This document shows, piece by piece, positions 1 through 9,599 of a stretch of 64,000 nt of DNA (position 1 is its first letter; every line of letters begins with the position of its first letter). The notes below the pieces were generated by a model that saw only the letters and a list, made by a program, of their open reading frames with translations, was not told where the DNA came from and ran no database searches. The stretch comes from Azolla caroliniana (Eukaryota; Plantae; Polypodiophyta), in assembly GCA_043228905.1 (NCBI GenBank), contig JBHGNT010000006.1:10664001-10728000 (forward strand), given 5' to 3'. A program made the translations under genes and the position numbers.

Positions 1-33
1 CCGTTACTTGCTATAATCTCCTTATTGATAACA

Positions 34-1251
34 ATGGATAACATGTTTGTAGCTCAAGATTACTCCTTCGATGACCAGCATCAGCTCACTCACTTCAAGT
101 ATGACCTCGCCGCTCACGTGCTTGCCAACTTGAGCCAAACCTTGCACGAGCTGCAGATGCACGACGCCGCGATCGCTTGCTCGTTCCAATGGAGGAATCA
201 CGCCGAGTGCGAGAAGCTGAAGATATTGAGTAGGGAATGGATCCGGGCCCACTATGGCGGTGGCATCACCAAATTTAGCTGCGACAAGTTGATAGGCTCG
301 GATTTCCATTTGCTGGCCACCATGGCGATGGCGGGCGGGCGGAGCGAGCGCATGCCCGCAGCCGTGAAGCTCATGGTGTGGTTCTTCGTGTTCGACAACT
401 TCATGGACGAGCCGGCGCTCATGGGAGCCGACACGGGGACCTCCCAGGAGATGGTGGATGCCGTCACCAGTGTGTTCCAGATGGGCAACAAGCCGAGAAT
501 CGTCGTCGCCGTTGGTGGTGGTGGCAATTATAGTGATTACGATGGCGCTATCCGAGAAATCCGAGAGTCGGCGCGTGATTGGTGGGATGAGATGCGTCAG
601 CTGGGGATGTCGGCCAGGCAGCAACATCGGCTTGTTTCTGTGTTCAAACAGTACCTGGACGCCAACACGGAGCAAGCGGCATTCCGGCAGAGCTGCCACA
701 TCCCTGACTTGGACACCTACAAGAAGCTACGCATCAAAACCAGCGGGTGGTATGTGTGTAGTGTGATACTCGAGTTCGCATTGGGATTGGATCTTCCCGA
801 CGAGATCATAGAGCACCCATTGCTGTCCGCGCTCCGGGTGGCCACTGCCTCCCACATAATGTTCGTCAACGACATATTCTCGTTCCGTAAGGAGCTCTCC
901 GACGGCGACCTCATGAACCTTGTGCCGGTCCTCCTTTGGCACAACCTAGGTGGTGGCCGCGGCTGTGGAGCTGTGGAGCCGTTGGCGCAAGAGACGGTGT
1001 CGCAAGCATTGGGGTTGGTGCGGGAGCTGGATGAGGAGTGCGTGCGGTTGATGGCGAAAATACGAGCCGAGGTCCGTGGCAGCAATGGGGAAGGTGGAAT
1101 GTTGGCTGATGAGGAAGCCGCGACGGCGGTGGAGAGGTACTTGGATGGAGTTTCAGACTGGCTGTCGGGGAATCTACGATGGCACCGCATCACCAAGCGT
1201 TATGTCTACAAGAACAACCACCACCACCCTTCCATATCCATAGGAATTTAA
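34..1251 (+). CDS. Microbial-type (class I) terpene synthase-like protein (MTPSL), intronless, ~405 aa
   Basis: Single-exon ORF; first ATG at 34 (the ORF track starts at TTG 25). Carries an Asp-rich motif variant FFVFDNFMDE, a pyrophosphate-sensor Arg region YKKLRIKTSG, an NSE/DTE motif NDIFSFRKE and a C-terminal WHRITKRY (WxxxxxRY). Size and layout fit a single alpha-domain enzyme, with no N-terminal domain of typical plant TPS. Confidence 0.9.
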   Translation: MDNMFVAQDYSFDDQHQLTHFKYDLAAHVLANLSQTLHELQMHDAAIACSFQWRNHAECEKLKILSREWIRAHYGGGITKFSCDKLIGSDFHLLATMAMAGGRSERMPAAVKLMVWFFVFDNFMDEPALMGADTGTSQEMVDAVTSVFQMGNKPRIVVAVGGGGNYSDYDGAIREIRESARDWWDEMRQLGMSARQQHRLVSVFKQYLDANTEQAAFRQSCHIPDLDTYKKLRIKTSGWYVCSVILEFALGLDLPDEIIEHPLLSALRVATASHIMFVNDIFSFRKELSDGDLMNLVPVLLWHNLGGGRGCGAVEPLAQETVSQALGLVRELDEECVRLMAKIRAEVRGSNGEGGMLADEEAATAVERYLDGVSDWLSGNLRWHRITKRYVYKNNHHHPSISIGI

Positions 1252-1834
1252 TGGCAAGTATTTTTGCTTCTTACTATAGATAAAAGTAGACAAGAATTTA
1301 TGTTAGAAGCAATAATAACACACAATAAAGAGAGAAGGAGAAAGAGACAAGGTTCCGAAAATAAAACTTTATGTATTTCATTTCGCTAAGATGACACTTT
1401 TATATAGCACATGGCAAAACCGTTGTGTCATGTGTTTAGCAAGGTGTATTTTATCACATTTGTTGAGGATCAAAGCACAATATTATGTATATCGAAAGGT
1501 GGCATAATATAGGGATTTGAACCTTATACCTCAACTTTATAGACTATAGTACTTATAATTAGGATATATATCATTTACCAATCTATGATAAACCTATTAG
1601 CATGGAATGCATAAGATGTTATGCATATATGAAACCATGTGGACCATGCTCACATGCTTCATCTTATGTAAAGGGGGCTTACCCCCACCCAGGGTTCACT
1701 ATATAATAAATAATTCATTTTTCTAGGTTTGTCACATGGTATTAGACCAATAACCAACCCTTTGTCTTTGCCAAAGCTTCTCCCATCATCTCTTCCATTA
1801 CTTCTCCATAGTGCATCACTTCTTCATACTAGCA

Positions 1835-2150
1835 AATGAGCCATGAAAATATAATGTTTAGCAAAGAAATAAGATCAGGTTAGGCAAATAACAATAACAT
1901 AATGTCATGATGTAAACATATAATTGGTAAACATTAATCGATATCATGATCTCATGTTATTACCCCTATAGTTGTATGACATGAGGTTCAAGATCAGGTA
2001 ACTATGGTAACATAAAGGTGTTTTAAAAACCATGGGGCTGACGTGGCGGCTCCTCAAGGCTCAACCATGTTTGTTCGCGTCATGAATAGTTTATACACGA
2101 AAAATGTTAACAATAAACTAAGTCTCTATGTCCACCCATGTGGTTTCACT
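1835..2150 (-). repeat. Dispersed ~320-bp repeat, reverse-complement homolog of 28306-28660
   Basis: Shared blocks such as AAACATTAATCGATATCATGATCTCA, AAAGGTGTTTTAAAAACCATGGGG and GTCCACCCATGTGGTTTC occur reverse-complemented at 28306-28660. Confidence 0.8.
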
Positions 2151-2809
2151 TCTTTCATCCCCAAGTGCACTTAGACCTAAAGTCTAAACATGTTTTATAG
2201 TGGTATTTATCAATAACGGTGTATGGTCTTGGTCATATGTTTATGCAAAAGAAGGCATGTACCCATTTAAAAAGAAAAAGAAAAACACGTGTCCAGAACT
2301 AGTATTTCCCCTCATTCATTAGAAAACTATGTTGGTACATTACTCAACTTTATGTCTCATTATTACAATGGCATACCATAAGCAGCAACTTAATGGTCAA
2401 GCCAACACTAGCTCATAGTAGGCCCAATCACATGGTTTCTTCATTACGAATGCCATTCATAATGATGGTCTCATGGTGACCCCGTAATCATGTAACGAGT
2501 GCGAGATGTTGGATATTGGTTTCATAAAGGCGACCTCACATGAAATGGGTCAAGCCCTTCGGCCCACAACATCATTGTCCATACTTTTTTAATAGTTACG
2601 TATGGCAAAATTGTGGTGACAAAGGGGGATAACAAAAAAATTTGTTAAAAAGGAATGGTGACTATGGCTTCCCCACAAATGTGAAGACATCCACCAAGAT
2701 CCTTACCTTGCAAAGGACACCATTCAACATACCAATATCATGTAACAAATTCTTAATATATGCATTATATGTTTATTACATGTATAGGATCACATACGTA
2801 TAGATGTGA

Positions 2810-2810
<1 letters not shown>

Positions 2811-2853
<43 letters not shown>
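2811..2853. repeat. (CA)n microsatellite
   Basis: Run of about 21 CA units. Confidence 0.95.
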
Positions 2854-2855
<2 letters not shown>

Positions 2856-3571
2856 GAATCATTTTAACAAAACATAAACCAACAAATAATGTAATCGAGA
2901 ACATGTGGCATATACACACACGCAACATGTTATTGGAGCATGTGGCATATACACACACGCAACATACAAAAAATAAGAATGAACATAATATGCAATTGAA
3001 TTATTGACCTCTTATTCATACGACACACATCGCATACCAAATACATGGCAATTGAGGTATTGACTTCATACATATACATGACCCATGTACGGTATATACA
3101 AACAAACTATGACCAATACAACATAATTGAATGGTTACATTTTAACATGTGATTAAACATGATTGAGAATGGGAGAAGAAAGAATAGAATAAAGAAATTT
3201 ATTATTCATAAAAAAAAGGAAATTTACTTAGGTTCCTTTATTGATGACTTTCTAGATCAAGCTCAAATGAACAATGATAATCAACATCCGAAGGAAATCA
3301 ACATCAACAAAACAAATTTTAGAAAATCACTTTGATATCATATATTAGAGATTATTTCTAATGTAAGCATAATAAATGGTAGACAATAAAGAGAAAGAAA
3401 GAGAAAGAAGGGTATCAATCCACCTAACCACCCCTAAGCGAAAGGATCCACACAAACCCGAGCCTTGATCAATGTTCAATACCACCGCTATGGCATCAAG
3501 TTCCTTTGAAATCAATATGGTAAGTTAGGACGTTATCATGAGCCTCCTAATCGTTATATTGGTGTTGGCCC

Positions 3572-4071
3572 TCATAGTTGTTGTATGGGGCTACACTCCC
3601 ACAAACCTGACCTCGTGAGTCTATCGTGTTTGCGTTCTGCCAATCGGGTTCCAATTTGAGGAAGTAGTGGTTTTTGTGGAAGGATAGTGTGTGAGATTCG
3701 ACGGGTTTGTCTTCGTGGTGACCTTGTATATTTGATCATTGTTCCATGTTTGAACCTGTCATTGAATGCTTGCCAGCAATGTTCTTCGAAGTGCATCATG
3801 AAGGCATTGCACCATTTGCAATAATTGGGATGCCTTTGATGTGAGAGTGGGCATTCGTCCGACATCTAAACACCTATGTTGAATCGACAGTGTAAGATCT
3901 TGGTACAACATATGTAGTCTCTTATAGTTTATGTCTCCTCTTGCTTAAGGGAGAGTTGGTCGATTGGGTTCCATTTGTTCCCTCCCTAAGGAAGTTTGTT
4001 AAGAAGTCCTTGATGATGTAATTGAAATCAATCACGATGTCTTTGGTGAGAGTCAACAATTGTATGTACTC
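3572..4071 (-). pseudogene. Decayed Ty3/gypsy gag remnant (continues at 9404-9545, split by the copia insertion)
   Basis: Removing the copia and one TSD gives the minus-strand frame MIPHFLTFGDAYDHVKCFKK...GFIIDEKE|YIQLL...DFNYIIKDFLTNF, followed by Cys/His knuckle-like remnants (YCKWCNAFMMHFEEHC). Confidence 0.5.
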
Positions 4072-4680
4072 TGTTGGAATTACGGTCCCTTCGGATGGGA
4101 TGGTCGGATGTCGGAGATGAATGCCGACAAGCCCGGTTTCGGTTTCGGAACCGGATGAGGAAGACCCCGACTTCGGAGCCGGATGACGAATGTACCCGGA
4201 GAGCGATCCGAATGCAGGGACATATCCGTGAATATGTCTGCTATGGGCCCCTGAGGCTATAGTTGTAAATAGCCCCAAAGTCATATATGTATAAATATGA
4301 CTTAGGGCAAACTGTTTTAGTTGTTGCTTATCATTTTTCTGTTTTTCCACTCAAGAGGAGTGAAGAGGAAGCAGCCGTGAGAGAGAGAGAGAGAGAGCGC
4401 GAGAGAGGAAGAGGACGACGCCTCTGTGTATTTCCGCCGCCTGTGGCGAGGACAGCGAGCTCAAGGTCGTCGCCTTGGAGCTCGCCATTGTATACTTCTC
4501 TTTGTATAGTGTTGCTTGGAGTCTTGTACTCCCGTGGTTTTTCCCATCTAGGGTTTTCCACGTTAATCCCTGTGTACTCGTTGTGTTTCTCTCTTTGGTT
4601 CCTATTTTCTGCTGCATTGATCCGCGATTACTCGGTTGTGGCCGAGCGGTGAAGGTGAATCGAAGCGTTGATTCCCAACA
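4072..4680 (+). repeat. 5' LTR of intact copia
   Basis: TG...CA ends; direct repeat of 8795-9403. Confidence 0.97.
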
Positions 4681-4683
4681 ATC

Positions 4684-4695
4684 TGGTATCAGAGC
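4684..4695 (+). promoter_or_regulatory. Primer-binding site (tRNA-iMet)
   Basis: TGGTATCAGAGC 3 nt after the LTR. Confidence 0.93.
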
Positions 4696-4710
4696 GAACT
4701 GTTGCAGAAA

Positions 4711-7700
4711 ATGGAAGGCGGCGGCAGCGGGCAGCCGGGGATGATGGTGCTGAATGCGCAGAATTACGCCGACTGGAAGATCAAGATGGAGGATCTTCTG
4801 ATTGTTCGGGACCTGTACGAACCGATTGACAGGTCGGAAATACCGAAGGGAGTACTTGAGTCGGAGTGGAAGCTCCTGAACCGGAAAGCCGTAGCGACGA
4901 TCCGACAATATGTCGATGTAAGCGTCCTACAACATGTGGCGAACGACACCAACGCATATGAGATGTGGAAGAAGCTGTCGGGCCTCTACGAGAGGAAGAA
5001 TGCGTTGAACCGGACCTCCCTGATGAGGAAGATAGTGAATCTCAAGTACCGGGACGGCGAGAGTATGGTGGAACACGTAAGCACGTTCATGGGATTCGTG
5101 AATCAGCTTGCGGCGATCAAGTTCCCGTTGGAGGATGCAATGCAAGCCATCATCCTGATGTGTACATTGCCGGAAAGCTGGGAGAACTTGGTGGTGACTC
5201 TCAGCACCTCCTGCACCGAAGATAACTTGTCCTTACAAACGGTAAAGACAAGTATTTTGAACGAAGAAGCGCGTCGGAGAGATAAAGAACCGGCCTCCGA
5301 CTCGAAGGCGCTGCTTACCGAATCGGATCGGGGAAGACAATGGAACCGGAGTCCGCAAAGACGGGAGAAGTCGGGGACCCGGTCGCAGTCAAGAGGAAGG
5401 CCCACATGCTTCCACTGTGGGAAGCCGGGGCACTTCCGAAAGAATTGTCGGCATTACCGAAAAGACAACGGAGCCGACGACACCGATTCGAAGAAGTCAC
5501 CGGAGAGAAACGGTGCATACCGGGGAGCCACGGACCGGAGAGGTTCGGATCGGCGAGGGCAGGACCGGAAAGGAACAACGGCACTCGCGGCAAGTGAGGA
5601 AGAAATCATGCTCATCACCGAAGAAGGTGAACTAAACATTGCCGGCGATGAGACGACCTGGGTGGTCGATTCCGGAGCATCGTTCCACCTGACCCCGGAG
5701 AGAAGATACTTCTCATCCTACACAGCCGGTGAGCATGGCTGTGTTCGGATGGGAAATGAAGGTACGTGCCGGATCGCCGGCATCGGAGACGTGTGGTTGA
5801 CAACCCCGACCGGATGCAAAATGCTGCTGAAGGATGTCCGACACGTTCCGGAGGTTCGATTGAACCTGATTTCGGCCGGGAGGCTAGACGATGAAGGCTA
5901 CACAGGTAGCATCCGGAACGGCGTAATGAAGTTCAGCAAGGGGAGCCTGATAGTGGCTCGGGCCCGGAAAGACAACACACTGTACCTGATGAATGCCCGG
6001 TTATGTCCGGAAGAGCTGAATGTGGCAGCCGACACTGCCGGTGAGCTGTGGCACAAAAGACTGTGCCACATGAGTGAGAAGGGGATGAAGAGGCTTGCAG
6101 AAGACAACCTTATCCCAGTGAAGCATGTGCACCTGGAGAAGTGCACCGATTGCCTGGCCGGTAAGCAGAACCGAACCTCCTTCCACTCAAGGCCACCGAC
6201 GAGACGCAGCGCACCATTGGAGTTGGTGCACACTGATGTGTGTCAGGTAGAAACGAAGTCACATGGCAGAGCCCAGTACTTCGTAACATTCATCGATGAT
6301 CATAGCCGAAAACTGTGGACGGCACCGATGAAGACAAAGGACCAAGTGTTGTGCGTCTTCAAAGAACTCCACGCGAGAGTGGAAAGGGAATCCGGCAAGA
6401 AGCTGAAAGCGATACGAGTGGATAACGGAGGGGAATACCGGGGGCAGTTCCAGGAGTACTGTCGCTCGAAGGGAATCCGACTCGAGTTTACTGTGCCGAA
6501 GACGCCGGAACTGAACGGGCTGGCCGAGAGGATGAACCGGACCATAATGGAGAGGGTCCGGAGTATGCTGGCGCATGCGGAATTACCCAAGGGGTTTTGG
6601 GCTGAGGCGATGTCGACGGCGACATACGTGATAAACAGATCACCCTCAGTACCTTTGAACGGAGACACGCCGCAGAAAGTGTGGACCGGTAAGGAAGTGT
6701 CCTACCGGCATCTGAAGGTGTTCGGGTGTCTCGCATACGTGCATGTGGCAAAGGACCGGAGAGGAAAGCTAGATCCAAAGACCCGGCCATGCATATTCCT
6801 CGGTTACGGCGACGACGAGTTCGGCTACCGAGTATGGGACCCGGTCGACAAGAAGATATTTAGGAGTCGAGACATCATCTTCATGGAGGGCAAGACACTT
6901 GCCGACTGGGAGTCGGAGAAGAAGATGAAGAGCTCCAAGTCGACCGGTGAGGATCAACTCTACGAGGAGCAGTCCCGACCGGCAAGAGACCGGTTAGCAC
7001 TCGAGGATCCGGCCGAAGACGGTGAAGAAACAGAACCGGCCGAAGAAGATGAAAATGATACCGGAACCGGCCCCGATCCCGAAATGGATTCGGATGAAGA
7101 AGAATCGGAAGAACCGGTTACCGAAGCTCCGGAACGGAGATATCCTCTAAGAGAGAGAAGGGCCCCCCGGAGATTTCCGGAACCAGAGCACGTGTTGCTA
7201 ACCGACGAGGGGGAGCCGGAGAGCTTTGAAGAAGCAAAGCATGACACCCAGAGCCGCAGGTGGTTGAGTGCCATGCAGGACGAGATGGATTCCCTGCATG
7301 AGAACCATACATATGAACTTGTGGAGTTGCCGAAAGGAAAGCGGGCACTTCGAAACAAGTGGGTGTTCAAGCTGAAACCGGGAGATGCCGGAAACCCCCC
7401 GAGATACAAAGCCAGGATCGTGGTGAAGGGGTTTCAGCAGAAGAAGGGCGTCGACTTCGACGAGATATTTGCCCCGGTAGTGAAGATGACCTCCATTCGG
7501 ACGGTACTGAGCATAGCGGCAAGCATGGACCTCGAGGTAGAACAGATGGACGTGAAGACGGCATTCCTTCACGGTGACCTCGATGAAGAGATCTACATGC
7601 AGCAACCGGAAGGATTCGAGAAGAAAGGGAAGGAGCACCTGGTATGCCGGTTGAAGAAGAGCCTTTACGGACTGAAGCAGGCTCCCCGGCAATGGTACCG

Positions 7701-8784
7701 GAAATTCGACTCCTTCATGACCGACGAAGGGTACCTCAAAACGCAGTCCGACCACTGCGTGTTTGTGAAGAAGTTCGAAGGAGGAGACTTTCTAATACTC
7801 CTCCTGTACGTGGACGACATGTTGATCGTCGGACGGGACCAGGTCAAGATACGGATGCTGAAGAAGGCTCTTCACCGAACCTTCTCAATGAAGGACCTGG
7901 GTCCGGCGAGACAAATACTAGGGATGCACATCATCCGGGACCGGAAGAAGAAGCAGTTGTGGCTGTCACAGGAGAAGTACGTGACGAAGGTGCTTCACCG
8001 GTTCAACATGTCGGAAGCAAGACCGGTCGGATCGACCCTCCCGGCAAACTGCAAGCTGTCCAGCAAGCAAAGTCCCAAGACAAAGGCTGAAAAGGAGGAT
8101 ATGATGAAAGTGCCGTATGCCTCAGCCGTCGGGAGCTTGATGTACGCCATGGTGTGTACGAGACCGGACATAGGATATGCAGTCGGAGTGGTGAGCCGGT
8201 ACATGAGCAATCCCGGCAAAGAGCATTGGAACGCGGCCAAGTGGATACTCCGATACCTGAAGGGCACGACAAACGTGTGCCTCCGATTCGGCTCCGGTAA
8301 GCCCGAACTCGATGGCTTCACCGATTCGGATATGTCGGCTGATGCAGATACCAGCCGGTCCACATCAGGGTATGTGATGACGTATGCAGGTGGAGCCGTT
8401 TCGTGGCAGTCGAGGCTGCAGAAGACGGTTGCGTTGTCAACCACGGAGGCGGAGTACATGGCGGCTGTTGAAGCCGGCAAGGAAATAATATGGATGAAGG
8501 ACTTCATTAGAGAGCTCGGTATCCGGCAGGAGGAGTACCGACTCTACTGCGACAGTCAGAGTGCAATCCACCTTGCGAAGAACGCGGCCTATCACTCCCG
8601 GACGAAGCACATCCAGCGAAGATATCACTGGATCCGGGAAAGGATAGAAGACAAGGAGTTCGTGCTGACAAAGATCCACACGGACGAGAACGGGTCGGAT
8701 ATGCTGACCAAGGTGCTCACACCCGACAAGCTGGAAGCATGCCGGAAGAGGATCGGATTGGAAAGACATCCCATGCCGAAGTGA
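4711..8784 (+). CDS. Copia Gag-Pol polyprotein (gag, zinc knuckle, protease, integrase, RT, RNase H)
   Basis: CFHCGKPGHFRKNC knuckle; WVVDSGASFH protease; LWHKRLCH...CTDC (GAG-pre-integrase); integrase VHTD/DNGGEY/NGLAER; RT LLYVDDM; RNase H GFTDSD/STTEAEY/YCDSQSA; copia domain order. Confidence 0.97.
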   Translation: MEGGGSGQPGMMVLNAQNYADWKIKMEDLLIVRDLYEPIDRSEIPKGVLESEWKLLNRKAVATIRQYVDVSVLQHVANDTNAYEMWKKLSGLYERKNALNRTSLMRKIVNLKYRDGESMVEHVSTFMGFVNQLAAIKFPLEDAMQAIILMCTLPESWENLVVTLSTSCTEDNLSLQTVKTSILNEEARRRDKEPASDSKALLTESDRGRQWNRSPQRREKSGTRSQSRGRPTCFHCGKPGHFRKNCRHYRKDNGADDTDSKKSPERNGAYRGATDRRGSDRRGQDRKGTTALAASEEEIMLITEEGELNIAGDETTWVVDSGASFHLTPERRYFSSYTAGEHGCVRMGNEGTCRIAGIGDVWLTTPTGCKMLLKDVRHVPEVRLNLISAGRLDDEGYTGSIRNGVMKFSKGSLIVARARKDNTLYLMNARLCPEELNVAADTAGELWHKRLCHMSEKGMKRLAEDNLIPVKHVHLEKCTDCLAGKQNRTSFHSRPPTRRSAPLELVHTDVCQVETKSHGRAQYFVTFIDDHSRKLWTAPMKTKDQVLCVFKELHARVERESGKKLKAIRVDNGGEYRGQFQEYCRSKGIRLEFTVPKTPELNGLAERMNRTIMERVRSMLAHAELPKGFWAEAMSTATYVINRSPSVPLNGDTPQKVWTGKEVSYRHLKVFGCLAYVHVAKDRRGKLDPKTRPCIFLGYGDDEFGYRVWDPVDKKIFRSRDIIFMEGKTLADWESEKKMKSSKSTGEDQLYEEQSRPARDRLALEDPAEDGEETEPAEEDENDTGTGPDPEMDSDEEESEEPVTEAPERRYPLRERRAPRRFPEPEHVLLTDEGEPESFEEAKHDTQSRRWLSAMQDEMDSLHENHTYELVELPKGKRALRNKWVFKLKPGDAGNPPRYKARIVVKGFQQKKGVDFDEIFAPVVKMTSIRTVLSIAASMDLEVEQMDVKTAFLHGDLDEEIYMQQPEGFEKKGKEHLVCRLKKSLYGLKQAPRQWYRKFDSFMTDEGYLKTQSDHCVFVKKFEGGDFLILLLYVDDMLIVGRDQVKIRMLKKALHRTFSMKDLGPARQILGMHIIRDRKKKQLWLSQEKYVTKVLHRFNMSEARPVGSTLPANCKLSSKQSPKTKAEKEDMMKVPYASAVGSLMYAMVCTRPDIGYAVGVVSRYMSNPGKEHWNAAKWILRYLKGTTNVCLRFGSGKPELDGFTDSDMSADADTSRSTSGYVMTYAGGAVSWQSRLQKTVALSTTEAEYMAAVEAGKEIIWMKDFIRELGIRQEEYRLYCDSQSAIHLAKNAAYHSRTKHIQRRYHWIRERIEDKEFVLTKIHTDENGSDMLTKVLTPDKLEACRKRIGLERHPMPK

Positions 8785-8794
8785 AGGGGGAGTT

Positions 8795-9403
8795 TGTTGG
8801 AATTACGGTCCCTTCGGATGGGATGGTCGGATGTCGGAGATGAATGCCGACAAGCCCGGTTTCGGTTTCGGAACCGGATGAGGAAGACCCCGACTTCGGA
8901 GCCGGATGACGAATGTACCTGGAGAGCGATCCGAATGCAGGGACATATCCGTGAATATGTCTGCTATGGGCCCCTGAGGCTATAGTTGTAAATAGCCCCA
9001 AAGTCATATATGTATAAATATGACTTAGGGCAAACTGTTTTAGTTGTTGCTTATCATTTTTCTGTTTTTCCACTCAAGAGGAGTGAAGAGGAAGCAGCCG
9101 TGAGAGAGAGAGAGATAGAGCGCGAGAGAGGAAGAGGACGACGCCTCTGTGTATTTCCGCCGCCTGTGGCGAGGACAGCGAGCTCAAGGTCGTCGCCTTG
9201 GAGCTCGCCATTGTATACTTCTCTTTGTATAGTGTTGCTTGGAGTCTTGTACTCCCGTGGTTTTTCCCATCTAGGGTTTTCCACGTTAATCCCTGTGTAC
9301 TCGTTGTGTTTCTCTCTTTGGTTCCTATTTTCTGCTGCATTGATCCGCGATTACTCGGTTGTGGCCGAGCGGTGAAGGTGAATCGAAGCGTTGATTCCCA
9401 ACA
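8795..9403 (+). repeat. 3' LTR of intact copia
   Basis: Preceded by PPT at 8783-8792 and followed by TSD TACTC. Confidence 0.97.
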
Positions 9404-9599
9404 TACTCTTTTTCATCAATAATGAAACCAAATCTTGCCACCTTCATGGCTTCAATGATTGGTTCCTACGCTTGACTTATTTTCTTGAAGCACTTCACAT
9501 GATCGTATGCATCCCCAAATGTGAGGAAATGGGGAATCATGTTTGAAATTGTGACACTTTTTCCACAATCGTTCATCTTGCATCTCTGGCCTGTAGTTG

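Larger units (their letters stand above)
4072..9403 (+). mobile_element. Intact, young Ty1/copia LTR retrotransposon
   Basis: 609-bp LTRs 4072-4680 and 8795-9403 (TGTTGGAAT...TTCCCAACA); only two substitutions seen between them; TSD TACTC (4067-4071, 9404-9408); PBS TGGTATCAGAGC; PPT GAAGGGGGAG; uninterrupted gag-pol. Confidence 0.98.

Noticed and set aside
22-1196. Antisense and alternate-frame ORFs over the terpene synthase (22..699, 717..1196, 458..766)
   Set aside because: Shadow ORFs of a GC-rich coding sequence with no motifs
4287-4652. Duplicated 121-aa ORFs (4287..4652 and 9010..9375)
   Set aside because: Incidental frames within the two LTR copies
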